A DNA stretch of 64,000 bases from the NCBI GenBank assembly GCA_034530615.2, contig JAVRCV020000041.1, positions 202,906-266,905 of the forward strand, in the 5' to 3' direction. This stretch comes from Aulosira sp. ZfuVER01. GTDB taxonomy: Bacteria; Cyanobacteriota; Cyanobacteriia; Cyanobacteriales; Nostocaceae. Positions 40,138-50,424 of the stretch are shown here, one piece after another. The position numbers and the translations under genes are program-made. The notes under the pieces were generated by a model that saw only the letters and a list, made by a program, of their open reading frames with translations, searched no databases and was not told the DNA's origin. The first letter of the stretch is position 1. Each line of letters begins with the position of its first letter.

Positions 40138-40410
40138 ATCACGATGTTAATGATAAACATCACGGCGTTTGTCGATAACATCACGATGTTAATGATAAAC
40201 ATCACGACGTTTGTTGATAACGTCACGATGTTAATGATAAACATCACGACGTTTGTTGATAACATCACGATGTTACTTATAAACAGCACGACATTCATAA
40301 ATAACATTACGACGTTTGCCATAAACATCACGATGTTACTTATGAACAAGACGACATTTATAAATAACATCGTCATGTTATTTATAAACAGCGCGATCGT
40401 TGTTATTCAC
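40138..40410. repeat. Degenerate 21-bp tandem array (about 13 units, 42-bp dimer)
   Basis: ATCACGATGTTAATGATAAAC alternating with ATCACGACGTTTGTTGATAAC, decaying to the right. Confidence 0.9.
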
Positions 40411-40559
40411 ATCACGCTCAATACAGTTCAGTTAAGGGGCAAAAGGGGAAAGGTTTGAATTCACCCTTTAGCCTTACCGTTTGACCAAATTAAAGCAAGT
40501 TTATCTACCGAAGTGTTAGAAAAGACTTGAGAGCAAATCTTGTCTTGAGGTGACAGGGT

Positions 40560-41195
40560 ATGGATGAAGTTGTTAAAAAAGTTGCGGCTTTGGGTTTACC
40601 GGGTGTGATTTTGGTAATCACAATGGCTGCTACAGGCTTTACGGGTGCTGCTGCTATTACCGCAGCTTTAGCTTTTTTGGGTGGCCCGGCGGGGATGCTG
40701 GGTGGAATTGCTGTGTTGGGGCTGACAGGTTTAATTACTGATGCTTTGGCGAAAGTTAGCCTGGAAGATTTGCTGACGGCGGTTTATTGCCAACGCCGAC
40801 AAACTGAACCACATGGCAAACTTTTAGATGAGATTGATTCTTTGTCGCTGTTTGATGGCGATATGAAAGACAGACTAAAAACAACGGTAACTGATGGGTG
40901 CGGTTGTGCAACAGTAGTTAGCGATAATACAACAGATGATGCTAAAGATGCGATCGCAATTTTAGAAAATGTCCCTGGTATGACTCGCGCACACCACAGA
41001 GATTTTAAGAGTTCCAACCCAATTATGCGGCTGAGGGATGGCAGCGCGGTAAGGACATGGAAAAATCCCTTGGGGGTTGACCATGTTTTTATCAGCGATC
41101 GCCATGACAGAATGATTTACGGTGGTTTTGTTGGCTGGATTCACAGCGAAGGTTTAAACCAAGCACTCATTCGCATCAGGCGAGATTTTACTTAG
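40560..41195 (+). CDS. Hypothetical protein, Gly/Ala-rich hydrophobic N-terminus plus soluble C-terminal domain
   Basis: GAGG RBS; LGLPGVILV...GAAAITAALAFLGGPAGMLGGIAVLG. Confidence 0.8.
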   Translation: MDEVVKKVAALGLPGVILVITMAATGFTGAAAITAALAFLGGPAGMLGGIAVLGLTGLITDALAKVSLEDLLTAVYCQRRQTEPHGKLLDEIDSLSLFDGDMKDRLKTTVTDGCGCATVVSDNTTDDAKDAIAILENVPGMTRAHHRDFKSSNPIMRLRDGSAVRTWKNPLGVDHVFISDRHDRMIYGGFVGWIHSEGLNQALIRIRRDFT

Positions 41196-41235
41196 CACCA
41201 CTCTTCACAATCACCTGAGAAGAGAATAAATTATT

Positions 41236-41331
41236 AGGCTAATAGCTAAATTCGTCTAAAGACAACTGGTAAAGTTTTCAGTCCACTTGAGTGGACTTAG
41301 GCTATTAGCCTTGGAATGAATTCCAAGGCGG
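41236..41331. repeat. REP-like multi-hairpin element
   Basis: AGGCTAATAGC/GCTATTAGCCT IR, AGTCCACTTGAGTGGACT and CCTTGGAATGAATTCCAAGG hairpins. Confidence 0.65.
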
Positions 41332-41362
41332 ACGATGGTGCTAGTTGAGAATCTTGCAACAT

Positions 41363-41917
41363 TTAAGAGCCAACATCCAAAGTAAAGTAGAAACTCTTAT
41401 CAACAATTCTGTTGCTGCCATAATATTTGATAAGCGGAATTATGGCTTGGTGTTGTCCTGGCTCAAGTTTCCACGTTTTTTGGAAGTTACCAATATTGTG
41501 ACAAACACCTTTATGAATCGGGAAGTTACTAGAAGTTAACAGAACATCTTGATAACTCTCAACTCCATTTTTGAAGAGATAAGCTTTTGCTTCTAATTTA
41601 TTAAGACTAACTTCAGAGGGTATACAATAGCTGAGATTCAAAACCTTCAAACTATCACCAGCTTTCAGAGGAATCTGTTTATGATTATTTACTTGCAGAG
41701 GTTCGTCGCTATTAATTTGTACAGTAAGGTTGACAACACATATTTTATATTGATTGCATTGTGAATTAGTTTGCTTCAACAACATTGTAGGAGTAGCAGC
41801 AAGAGGAGGTTTCATTTCTGGATTACTTTTGCTTATCAAAGCAACCAACACAGCAGCACTAGCAGGAATAAGTGCAACGAGGATAGGAGTAATTAATTTT
41901 AAAGTTGCAACTCTCAT
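41363..41917 (-). CDS. Hypothetical single-TM protein with beta-rich exported domain
   Basis: N-terminal hydrophobic helix, four Cys, beta-strand-like C-terminus (WKLEPGQH...FYFTLDV). Confidence 0.7.
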   Translation of the reverse strand: MRVATLKLITPILVALIPASAAVLVALISKSNPEMKPPLAATPTMLLKQTNSQCNQYKICVVNLTVQINSDEPLQVNNHKQIPLKAGDSLKVLNLSYCIPSEVSLNKLEAKAYLFKNGVESYQDVLLTSSNFPIHKGVCHNIGNFQKTWKLEPGQHQAIIPLIKYYGSNRIVDKSFYFTLDVGS

Positions 41918-42277
41918 ATTTAGTAACTTCCACAAATTTATTTATGTTCAATTACTAGATTATTTGGGTGTCTACAATTTGTCGGTATGTGCAGGTAGGA
42001 ACTATAAATAATGCTATTTTTTGAGGTAGGTAGGTCAAAGTAGGTTAATGTTGGATCAAAATAAACTATGCCAGCTTTATTAAAAAAGGTGAATTGCGCT
42101 ATCACTAATGAAACCTGCGTAGGCAAGCTTTGTATGTATAGCTCCAGACTTATAGTCTGAGAGCGATTTTTGCAACTGCACCTTGATCATTGTAATTATT
42201 GCAATACAGCGTTTTTTATGCCAAAATACATCCCAGCTTAGGCTTGTATTATTAATTACTAACAGTTCTGATAACTC

Positions 42278-43345
42278 ATGAACTCAGAAGACGCATTTGA
42301 ATTTATGAATGGGCTAATTTTGGAAAAAACAAAAATTAGTCTGAATGAATGTGAACGGGATGTCTTTCTGGGAATATGGGCAAGCAAGACTTATGGAGAG
42401 ATTAGTCAGGAGAAGAATAGAGATTATCAATATGTTAAAGAAACTGGTCCTAAATTATTTAAAAAAATTGGTACTATTTTTCAGATAAATCTGAATAAAA
42501 ATAATTTTAAGCCAACAATAGAGCAATTATATAAACAGTATACTTTACGAAAAATCTCAGAAATTCCACAGCGCGACGATGTAATTACCAATCTCTCTAT
42601 TGCACAGCAAGACAGACCTGCTTACACAGATAACCCATTTATTCCCCTCAATGACATCATCACCGAACAGCATTTATTGTTCGGTAGGGAAAGGGAGATT
42701 ACAAGAGTATTTGAAACCCTAAACAGTGGCAGTAGCGTAGCACTTATTGGAGAGAAAAAAATCGGCAAGTCTTCTCTACTCCAAGCTATTTACCAACAGG
42801 CACAACATCAGCTGCTCAAACCACGCAAGGCAATTTATATCAATTTAAGCCTAATTTTTAATGATGATGACTTTTATGATGAACTCTGTAATAAGGTGAG
42901 AATTACTGTTAGCAAAGGTCGGAAATTAATTCGGGAGTTACAAAAACAGCAATTATTGCTGTTATTAGACGAAGTACAACAAATGACTTGGGATGGTTTC
43001 ACCAGAGAACTACGCCAACAACTGCGCGGTTTGGCTGACGGACAAGCCAACCCACCTTTGCGCTTGGTAATTGCAGCTAGCGAACACTTAGATGTTCTGT
43101 TTCCTGATAGCCGAGATAATCCTTCACCATTCCAAGGCGTTTGCATTGAAGAAGTTATCAAGCCTTGGGAAGAAAATATTGTGCGTGGCTTTATTGACAG
43201 TCGGTTAGTGAATACTCAGGTGAGTTTTACAGAAGAGGAAATTATTCAACTTACCCAAGAAAGCGGTGGACACCCTCAGCGACTTATGCATTTGTGCTAT
43301 CGAACTTATTCGCGGTATATGGAGAGGATAAAAACTGAATTATGA
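42278..43345 (+). CDS. N-terminal HTH (vMAP-type) + STAND-like AAA ATPase
   Basis: LNECERDVFLGIW...TYGEIS...YVKETGPKLFKKI HTH; NPF, FGRE, GEKKIGKSS, LLLLDEV, SGGHP. Confidence 0.85.
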   Translation: MNSEDAFEFMNGLILEKTKISLNECERDVFLGIWASKTYGEISQEKNRDYQYVKETGPKLFKKIGTIFQINLNKNNFKPTIEQLYKQYTLRKISEIPQRDDVITNLSIAQQDRPAYTDNPFIPLNDIITEQHLLFGREREITRVFETLNSGSSVALIGEKKIGKSSLLQAIYQQAQHQLLKPRKAIYINLSLIFNDDDFYDELCNKVRITVSKGRKLIRELQKQQLLLLLDEVQQMTWDGFTRELRQQLRGLADGQANPPLRLVIAASEHLDVLFPDSRDNPSPFQGVCIEEVIKPWEENIVRGFIDSRLVNTQVSFTEEEIIQLTQESGGHPQRLMHLCYRTYSRYMERIKTEL

Positions 43346-45942
43346 CCGAACACCAGCCTGTACCACACTTAGATTTAGCTCCCAAGTTGTGCCGTCCACT
43401 CTCACTGTGGAAACCTTTGGATTACCTGCACCTTTTGTATTGGGTGTTTTTCTTTCCCCAGGCTTTGCGGTGGTATATAGATACTTTTGCGGGTATAAAT
43501 ATTCCTGGAAGCGAAATAGATTATCCAAGGGACAAAGAACTGTTGTCCGAAAATATCATCATTAGAAACTTACTTATACAAGCGTTGGTATTGATTGGAA
43601 TTTTATTTCTTTTATTAATAAAGGTTTCAAGTAATTGGTTGAGCATTTTAGGCATAGTAGCAGGGGTATTTTTTGGCATACTGTGGGCAGCAGCAACACG
43701 ATTTCTACCATTAATTAACCGAACCCGTCCATATAGTTCTAGTTTTTGGGGCTTAGTAATGGGTGCATTTGCATCAGGCGGAGGCGTAGAAATACCATTT
43801 TTTCCTACTTCTTTCTCAGCTGCTTTGGGTTTGGCATCAGGTGCTACATTTTGCTTGTTATGGCCGTTATTATCGGGTGTGGAATCAGGCATAGTCTTGG
43901 GTCTGTCATCGTGGATAGAGTTTGGTGTAATGTTCGGTATTGGTTTAGCTATAGAATTGGGCATCAAGTTGGGCATCATATTCGGTATTGCATCGGTTAT
44001 GGTGATGCTTCGTATAGATAATTGGCTTTTAGGTTTACTTTTTGCTTTGCGATTTCATCAGGCAAAATGGGAGTTCTCGCATATCACTCCATTTGCCCTC
44101 CCCTTCTTGTCTTCTCATGTAAAACATTGGTTGCGTCAAGATTGGGAAATTGGTCTCCATAATGTTAATCAAATACTGGCTTACACTCTTCAGTCCACAC
44201 CCGTTGTCAATGCAGTAAATCAAGTACTAGAAGAAATACCTTCAGAGAAAGTCATTTGTTGCATAGTTCAGTTGGTAGAAGCTCCTTTTGATTGGTATCT
44301 CGTGCGTTTAGTCTCAAATTATGAGAATAAAGCAACTAAATTAAATAAATCGCAGAATGTTTCATTTGTCTCTGCTCATACTGTGGCAGCTGGTTTTTGG
44401 CATCTACATAACAAACAACCAACGAAAGCAACAGAGGCTTTTGCTCTAGTGCGTTCTCTTCTATATGGTGAGGAAATATATACCCTTGCCGCAACTCTAA
44501 CAGCATTTCACGAAGCTAAAGAACTAAGCTCTATTGCCGCTCTCCAAATACCTTTATTTCCACAGGAACCTCTTTTACTTCCAGTCACTTGGAGAACAAT
44601 TACTAGCCTGCGTCGAGTTGTTGAAGATGTCCAGTTTGTTAATCGCAGCGTATCTCGTTCGGCTAGGTCTTTGGCTCTCAATCGCACTTTAGGTGAACTT
44701 ACTAATATCCTGAATCAAGCTGACACTTTGCCGCAAGCAGAACGCGGACTAATTGTAGAGATTGCCCAAACTTGGAAAGAAAACTTGTTACAAATCGCTG
44801 GTGAGGTGGGGGAAGTTACCATCACCAAACCTGTGATTAATCCTTATGTAGTAGGCGACCCCGTTCAAGGTAATATCTTCGTTGGGCGAGAAGATATCAT
44901 TAGACAGTTAGAAGAACTTTGGGTGATGGGTCATCAGCTCCAGTCTGTAGTCCTCTACGGTCACAGGCGCATGGGTAAAACTTCTATCCTGGTTAACGCC
45001 GCTATTTCTCTAGGTTCAGGGCTTCAGCTAGTTTATATCAACTTGCTGCGGTTGGGAGATACTCCGCAAGGAGTTGGCGAGGTGCTAATGGCAATGACTG
45101 ATGAAATTTCCCAAGCTGTGCAAATTCCACCTCCACCTGATGCAGATTTGCTCAACCTTCCCTACCGGACTTTTGAACGTTATTTGAAACAGGTAGAAGC
45201 ACAACTCGATTGTGGGTTAATAATCGCTTTAGATGAGTTCGAGAAAATTGAAGAACTAATTGAAGCCGGAAGAATCTCCCAAGATTTTATGGGATTTCTG
45301 CGGGGGTTGATGCAAATGAGTTCTAAAGTCGCCTTTGCTTTTGCTGGTTTGCACACCTTAGAGGAAATGACGGCAGATTATTTTCAGCCTTTCTTTGCCA
45401 GCGTCATCCCCATCCATGTAGGCTTTCAGGAACGTGCAGCTACTCGGCAAATTCTAGCTAACCCAGATGATGATTTCCTCCTCGACTACACGCCGGAAGC
45501 GCTAGATGAAATTTATGCTTTAACGCATGGTCAACCTTATTTAGTGCAACTGTTAGGATTTCAGCTAGTGCGCCGCTACAATGACTTTGTATTTGAGCAA
45601 GGACGTTCCCGCAATCCGGTTTTCACGGTGGAAGATGTAGCAGCAGTTATCAACGATCCTGAGTTTTTCAAGCGGGGACGCTACTATTTTGATGGGGTTT
45701 GGGGTCAGGCGATGCGGGGTGCTGATGGTCAGCAGGCAATAATACAAATACTTGCACCGCACCCAGAGGGGTTAAGTTTAGATGTCTTAGCTCAGTCTAC
45801 GGCTATGGGTAGCGAACAGTTACAGGCAGCGCTCAGTATGTTAATGCGTCATGATGTAGTTGCACAGACTCAGGGACGGTGGCGAATTATTGTAGAACTG
45901 TTTCGCCGTTGGGTTTTGCAAAGTCATCCGCTGGGAGAGTAA
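43342..45942 (+). CDS. Polytopic membrane protein with C-terminal STAND-like ATPase and wHTH
   Basis: ATGA overlap with the upstream stop; Gly-rich TM helices; NPYVVGDPV, GHRRMGKTS, IALDEFE, THGQPYL. Confidence 0.88.
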   Translation: MTEHQPVPHLDLAPKLCRPLSLWKPLDYLHLLYWVFFFPQALRWYIDTFAGINIPGSEIDYPRDKELLSENIIIRNLLIQALVLIGILFLLLIKVSSNWLSILGIVAGVFFGILWAAATRFLPLINRTRPYSSSFWGLVMGAFASGGGVEIPFFPTSFSAALGLASGATFCLLWPLLSGVESGIVLGLSSWIEFGVMFGIGLAIELGIKLGIIFGIASVMVMLRIDNWLLGLLFALRFHQAKWEFSHITPFALPFLSSHVKHWLRQDWEIGLHNVNQILAYTLQSTPVVNAVNQVLEEIPSEKVICCIVQLVEAPFDWYLVRLVSNYENKATKLNKSQNVSFVSAHTVAAGFWHLHNKQPTKATEAFALVRSLLYGEEIYTLAATLTAFHEAKELSSIAALQIPLFPQEPLLLPVTWRTITSLRRVVEDVQFVNRSVSRSARSLALNRTLGELTNILNQADTLPQAERGLIVEIAQTWKENLLQIAGEVGEVTITKPVINPYVVGDPVQGNIFVGREDIIRQLEELWVMGHQLQSVVLYGHRRMGKTSILVNAAISLGSGLQLVYINLLRLGDTPQGVGEVLMAMTDEISQAVQIPPPPDADLLNLPYRTFERYLKQVEAQLDCGLIIALDEFEKIEELIEAGRISQDFMGFLRGLMQMSSKVAFAFAGLHTLEEMTADYFQPFFASVIPIHVGFQERAATRQILANPDDDFLLDYTPEALDEIYALTHGQPYLVQLLGFQLVRRYNDFVFEQGRSRNPVFTVEDVAAVINDPEFFKRGRYYFDGVWGQAMRGADGQQAIIQILAPHPEGLSLDVLAQSTAMGSEQLQAALSMLMRHDVVAQTQGRWRIIVELFRRWVLQSHPLGE

Positions 45943-46181
45943 GGCAGAGGGCAACTCGTGAAGCAATACTCTTGCGTTCATTCTTTGCGCCTAATCTGTG
46001 GGAGGCCGATGCGCGTCTATACGCGAGACTATTTGATTTAGTAACGCCAAAAAATTCTCTAAAACCAAAATCTAAAATTTAGTATGCGTTACAATCGCTT
46101 GTAAATAAAATTATCAAATCCTCACAAGTTCCTCAGATTTTTTACCTAACCTCTTCCTATAGCCAAAACAGGGTGATAACT

Positions 46182-46376
46182 ATGGAAACCAAAAGATTGG
46201 CAAAATTTCTCCGCTTTTTGCAAGAAGAGTTGGCAATACCCGCAGATAGTTTGCAACTGGCGTTACGACATCCCGAGCAAAATCCTAGTTTATTACCCAT
46301 GATTCTTTGGCAGTATGGGCTGGTAACATTAAACCAGTTAGACGAGATTTTTGATTGGTTAAATGGAGCGTTTTAG
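46182..46376 (+). CDS. DUF2949-family protein
   Basis: FLQEELAIP...LPMILWQYGLVTLNQLDEIFDWL. Confidence 0.88.
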   Translation: METKRLAKFLRFLQEELAIPADSLQLALRHPEQNPSLLPMILWQYGLVTLNQLDEIFDWLNGAF

Positions 46377-46386
46377 CTGAGGTGCT

Positions 46387-47463
46387 ATGAGCAAACAAAA
46401 GCGACTTGGCATTCTTACCAGTGGCGGTGACTGTCCGGGACTGAATGCGGTAATTCGCGCGGTTGTCAGCCATGCTACCCTGAGCTATGGCTGGCAAGTA
46501 GTGGGGATTCCTTATGCTACAAAAGGTTTGTTGGAAGCAAAGGCGATTCCGCTTTCTCTGCACGGTTTAGATTTACGTGGTATTGATCCTTTGTTAAGCA
46601 TGGGTGGTACTATCCTTGGCAGTATCAACAAAGGCGATACTCTGGCTCATGTCGATGAAATTATGACTGGCTACCAGGCTTTAGAACTGGATGCTTTGAT
46701 TGGAATTGGGGGAGACGGTAGTTTAGCTATTCTCAACCAATTGCGAAACAAGGGAAATTGGCAGTTCATTGCTATTCCCAAAACTATAGATAATGATGTG
46801 GCGCTTACAGAAAGAGTAGTAGGGTTTGATACTGCTGTAAACACAGTTGTGGATGCTCTCAATCGTCTCACCTTCACTGCTTCCAGTCACGATCGCGTGA
46901 TGATTGTCGAAGTGATGGGACGCACAGCAGGTCACTTAGCGCTGCATTCTGGGATTGCAGGCGGTGCAGATGTAATTCTGATTCCCGAAATTCCCTATAC
47001 TATAAAGGATACTTGCGCACATCTGGCCGAATTGCGCGATCGCTGGGGACGCAGATTTGCTATTGTAGTTGTCGCAGAAGGCGCACATATTCCCGACGAT
47101 TCATCTAACTATGCTGCTTGTGAAAAACCATCCTGTGGTATTGGACAGTTTATTGCCGATGAACTCAGCAATTGCAGCCACAAGCAAATCGACATTCGCG
47201 CTTCAGTTTTAGGACATATTCAACGCGGTGGTATTCCCTCAGCCTTAGACCGTTTGGTAGCCACAGCTTTTGGTAAAGCCGCCGTAGATTTAATCGCTGG
47301 TGGAACATCGGGACAGATGGTGGCTTGGCAAAACGGGGAAGTTGTGGCGGTTCCTTTAGAAGCAGTTTTAGCTAAAAGTCCATCACTTGTAGATCCACAT
47401 AATTATCTCGTAGAAACAGCGCGATCGCTTGGTATTTATGTTGGCAATAATACTGCTGCATAG
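46387..47463 (+). CDS. pfkA: 6-phosphofructokinase
   Basis: TSGGDCPGLNA, GGTILGS, GGDGS, PKTIDND, EVMGR, LGHIQRGG. Confidence 0.95.
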   Translation: MSKQKRLGILTSGGDCPGLNAVIRAVVSHATLSYGWQVVGIPYATKGLLEAKAIPLSLHGLDLRGIDPLLSMGGTILGSINKGDTLAHVDEIMTGYQALELDALIGIGGDGSLAILNQLRNKGNWQFIAIPKTIDNDVALTERVVGFDTAVNTVVDALNRLTFTASSHDRVMIVEVMGRTAGHLALHSGIAGGADVILIPEIPYTIKDTCAHLAELRDRWGRRFAIVVVAEGAHIPDDSSNYAACEKPSCGIGQFIADELSNCSHKQIDIRASVLGHIQRGGIPSALDRLVATAFGKAAVDLIAGGTSGQMVAWQNGEVVAVPLEAVLAKSPSLVDPHNYLVETARSLGIYVGNNTAA

Positions 47464-47826
47464 TACTTCTATTGGATTTGGGGACATACTTGTAGAGGTC
47501 AACAACACAGAACAAGCCAAGAATGATTTTTGCAAAAATCAAACCAGATTTCTATAGTGTTAATTTTTTATATTTAAATAAACCAATTTCTGCGAAAAGG
47601 TCATAAATTACTTCCTGTATTCAGAAAATAGATATGGGTCTATTATTGGCGTACTCCTGAATGCATCCAGGAAGACAAAATTAAATACAGTCAATTCTAT
47701 CTGTAGATAAGCCCTGATTTACACCAATTTAGATTTGGCTGTACAAACTAAATTAATGTTCTAAGTCTTCCTAATTGCTTGATTTCAGAGAAACATCGGG
47801 CGATTCTCTGATAACCACAGGAAATT

Positions 47827-49425
47827 ATGGGAAAAAACAATATGAATATTAGCAGACGCGAAGCGATTAAACTGAGTTTAGCTGGTGGTGGAGTTCTACT
47901 ATCACCCTTCGGATTTCCAAGTATTGCTTCCGCACAATTGAGTCCGCAAATTCCTCGTTTTAAGCTGCCTTTTAAAGTACCCCCAGTACTCAAACCACAA
48001 CGTAGTGATGACACCACCGATTATTACGAAATCAAAATTCAGAAGTCTGCAATTGAAATTTTACCTGGGCTGAAAACAGAGATTTGGGGCTATAACGGTA
48101 TCAGTCCAGGCCCAACAATTAGGCAACGAGGCGGTAAGCGCGATGAAGGCGGACGCTTCTCGAAAGTTCGTTTTATTAATCAGTTAGATAAAGATGCTCA
48201 AGGGCGGTTAATCAATAATGTTATCCATTTACACGGCATGGCATCACTACCGCAGTACGATGGCTATACCATTGATTATATTCCTCCCCAATACTTCAAA
48301 GATTACATTTATCCCAACGATCGCGCCGCCACTCTTTGGTATCACGACCACACTCTCGATTTCACTTCCCGCAACGTATACATGGGTTTAGCCGGGATGT
48401 ACATCGTTGAAGATGACTACGAACTGAATTTACCTCTACCTAAAGGCGAATATGACGTACCCCTAATTATTCAAGATAAGCGATTAGCCAATGATGGCAG
48501 CTTAATCTTTAATGACAACAATCAAAGAAACCTTTATGGAGACGTAATTCTCGTCAATGGAGTGCCTTGGCCGCAAATGCAAGTGGCTAATCGCAAGTAC
48601 CGCTTTCGAGTTTTAAATGCTTCTACATCTCGGAATTACAAACTGATTTTGAGCCAGAAACCAGATACACAAACCAGCGGTGAAAGGTTGATTGTGATTG
48701 CTAGTGATGCGGGTTTACTCGCTGCACCAGTAGAGTTGGTTTCGCCATTGCAAGGTCTACAGGTTGGGATGGCAGAACGCTACGATATCGTCATCGATTT
48801 TTCTAAATATTCAATTGGTTCCCAAGTCTACTTACGGAATGTTGACTCTGCTAGTCCTGTTGATAATGATGTGCGGACACACACCATTATGCGCTTTGAT
48901 GTTGTACGCCAAGAACAAGATGACAGCATCATTCCCAATCAATTACGCCCTGTAGAATCTTTGAGAGATAAGCCAATTGCCAGAACCCGAAACTTCCGCT
49001 TTGAACGCAACAACGGACAGTGGAAAATAAATAACCTTACTTGGGACTCTAAGCGAGTAGATGCTAATCCCCAACCAGGTGATGTGGAAATTTGGGAGTT
49101 GGTTAACCCAGGAAGTGGCTGGGTGCATCCCGTCCACATTCATCTGGTTGACTTGCAACTACTTGACCGCAACGGCTTACCGCCTCGTCCTTACGAACGG
49201 GGTTGGAAAGATGTTTTCTTAGTTGGTGAATTCGAGACAGTCCGCGTGATTGCTCAGTTTCGGAGTCGAGATCTAAGGGATATTAAAGGTAAATTTATGA
49301 TGCATTGCCACAATCTCGTTCATGAAGACCATGCAATGATGACTCAGTTTGAAATTGGTCAAGGTGGCCCTAACCCAGTGACAACAGCACCTGCGCTACC
49401 GATTTCGCAAATCACAACGCTGTAA
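47827..49425 (+). CDS. Multicopper oxidase (CotA/bilirubin oxidase-like), Tat-exported
   Basis: SRREAIK Tat motif; HLHG, WYHDH, HPVHIH, HCHNLVHEDHAM. Confidence 0.93.
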   Translation: MGKNNMNISRREAIKLSLAGGGVLLSPFGFPSIASAQLSPQIPRFKLPFKVPPVLKPQRSDDTTDYYEIKIQKSAIEILPGLKTEIWGYNGISPGPTIRQRGGKRDEGGRFSKVRFINQLDKDAQGRLINNVIHLHGMASLPQYDGYTIDYIPPQYFKDYIYPNDRAATLWYHDHTLDFTSRNVYMGLAGMYIVEDDYELNLPLPKGEYDVPLIIQDKRLANDGSLIFNDNNQRNLYGDVILVNGVPWPQMQVANRKYRFRVLNASTSRNYKLILSQKPDTQTSGERLIVIASDAGLLAAPVELVSPLQGLQVGMAERYDIVIDFSKYSIGSQVYLRNVDSASPVDNDVRTHTIMRFDVVRQEQDDSIIPNQLRPVESLRDKPIARTRNFRFERNNGQWKINNLTWDSKRVDANPQPGDVEIWELVNPGSGWVHPVHIHLVDLQLLDRNGLPPRPYERGWKDVFLVGEFETVRVIAQFRSRDLRDIKGKFMMHCHNLVHEDHAMMTQFEIGQGGPNPVTTAPALPISQITTL

Positions 49426-49430
49426 ATGCC

Positions 49431-49772
49431 TTAGTTTCCTGCCCCGTAAACTTCCTCATTATGTTTCTCTATTGCTTCTATATCGTAAGGATTAGTCGCT
49501 TGAGGACGAACAGTATTAACAGCTGGTTGTTTTTCTTGGGCAGGATTCTTATCCTCTGTTTTGCTTTCTGTGGTTTGTTGATTGCTTTTTGATTCATCAA
49601 CATTAGCCTTTGGTAATTCTGGAGATGGCGTTACCTCAGGCGAAACAGCATTCACAGTATTCTCAGCAATCCATGCATTCCCTTCAATCCAAGGATTAGC
49701 AAAGGTAGTTTCAGCAATTAGTAACACTGAGGCAATCAAGAATATCAGTGTTAAAAATACGGTTTTCCACAT
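49431..49772 (-). CDS. Hypothetical secreted low-complexity protein
   Basis: Signal peptide, polar linker, NPYDIEAIEK tail. Confidence 0.7.
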   Translation of the reverse strand: MWKTVFLTLIFLIASVLLIAETTFANPWIEGNAWIAENTVNAVSPEVTPSPELPKANVDESKSNQQTTESKTEDKNPAQEKQPAVNTVRPQATNPYDIEAIEKHNEEVYGAGN

Positions 49773-50424
49773 AAAACTTTTCCCAGTTTGATAACTAAGG
49801 TTTTATCTTCACTCTAAACTAATTGCCAATTAAATCAAGAAGTAGAAATAAATCAACACAACTTTGCTATTCTATTTCCCTTTCAAATCACTTCTTTCTT
49901 AAGTCTGTAACTGGCAATATTCTCTGATTCTAAGGTTAAGTGCCTCTTGGATTATGTCTAGTGAATTACAAACTCAAATATATTTCTCTCTTCTTCTAGT
50001 TTCCCTGCTTGCCTCAACAGGTAAATTATTTTATTTTCTCAGACCACATCTATGTAATTTACCCGCAACAAATTGATGAAAATCTTTACTCTGCCGCTAA
50101 TCTTCTGTTTTCAGTTTAGTACGCCACGGCGGAAATAACTATAGAGTCGAAAACCTGAAAAAACCTTTCTTTTCATCGGCTATCTACCTTCCTGTAATAG
50201 CTTCATACCAGAGTAAGATATTTATTTAATAAATAAAATTTATATATAACTTAAGGCATAGATAAACTAGCAATCATATCACTCTATTTTCTAGCTTTCA
50301 GTTCTCAAGTATGAAGTATAAACCCTAGACGATCTCAACAAACTTCAGTCGCCAGCAGGATGAAAATAACTTCAATACTTAATAAACTAATGCATAGATA
50401 TTTTCACCCTATTGGGAATAACTT

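Noticed and set aside
40138..40410. CRISPR array
   Set aside because: Units are contiguous degenerate 21-mers without unique spacers, and no cas operon is present
40033..40458. 141-aa and antisense 80-aa ORFs as confident genes
   Set aside because: Openness follows from the 21-bp period; the 5' part crosses an SDR-like insert; no clear RBS
50118..50145. AGTACGCCACGGCGGAAATA as a mobile-element end
   Set aside because: No matching second end found in the window
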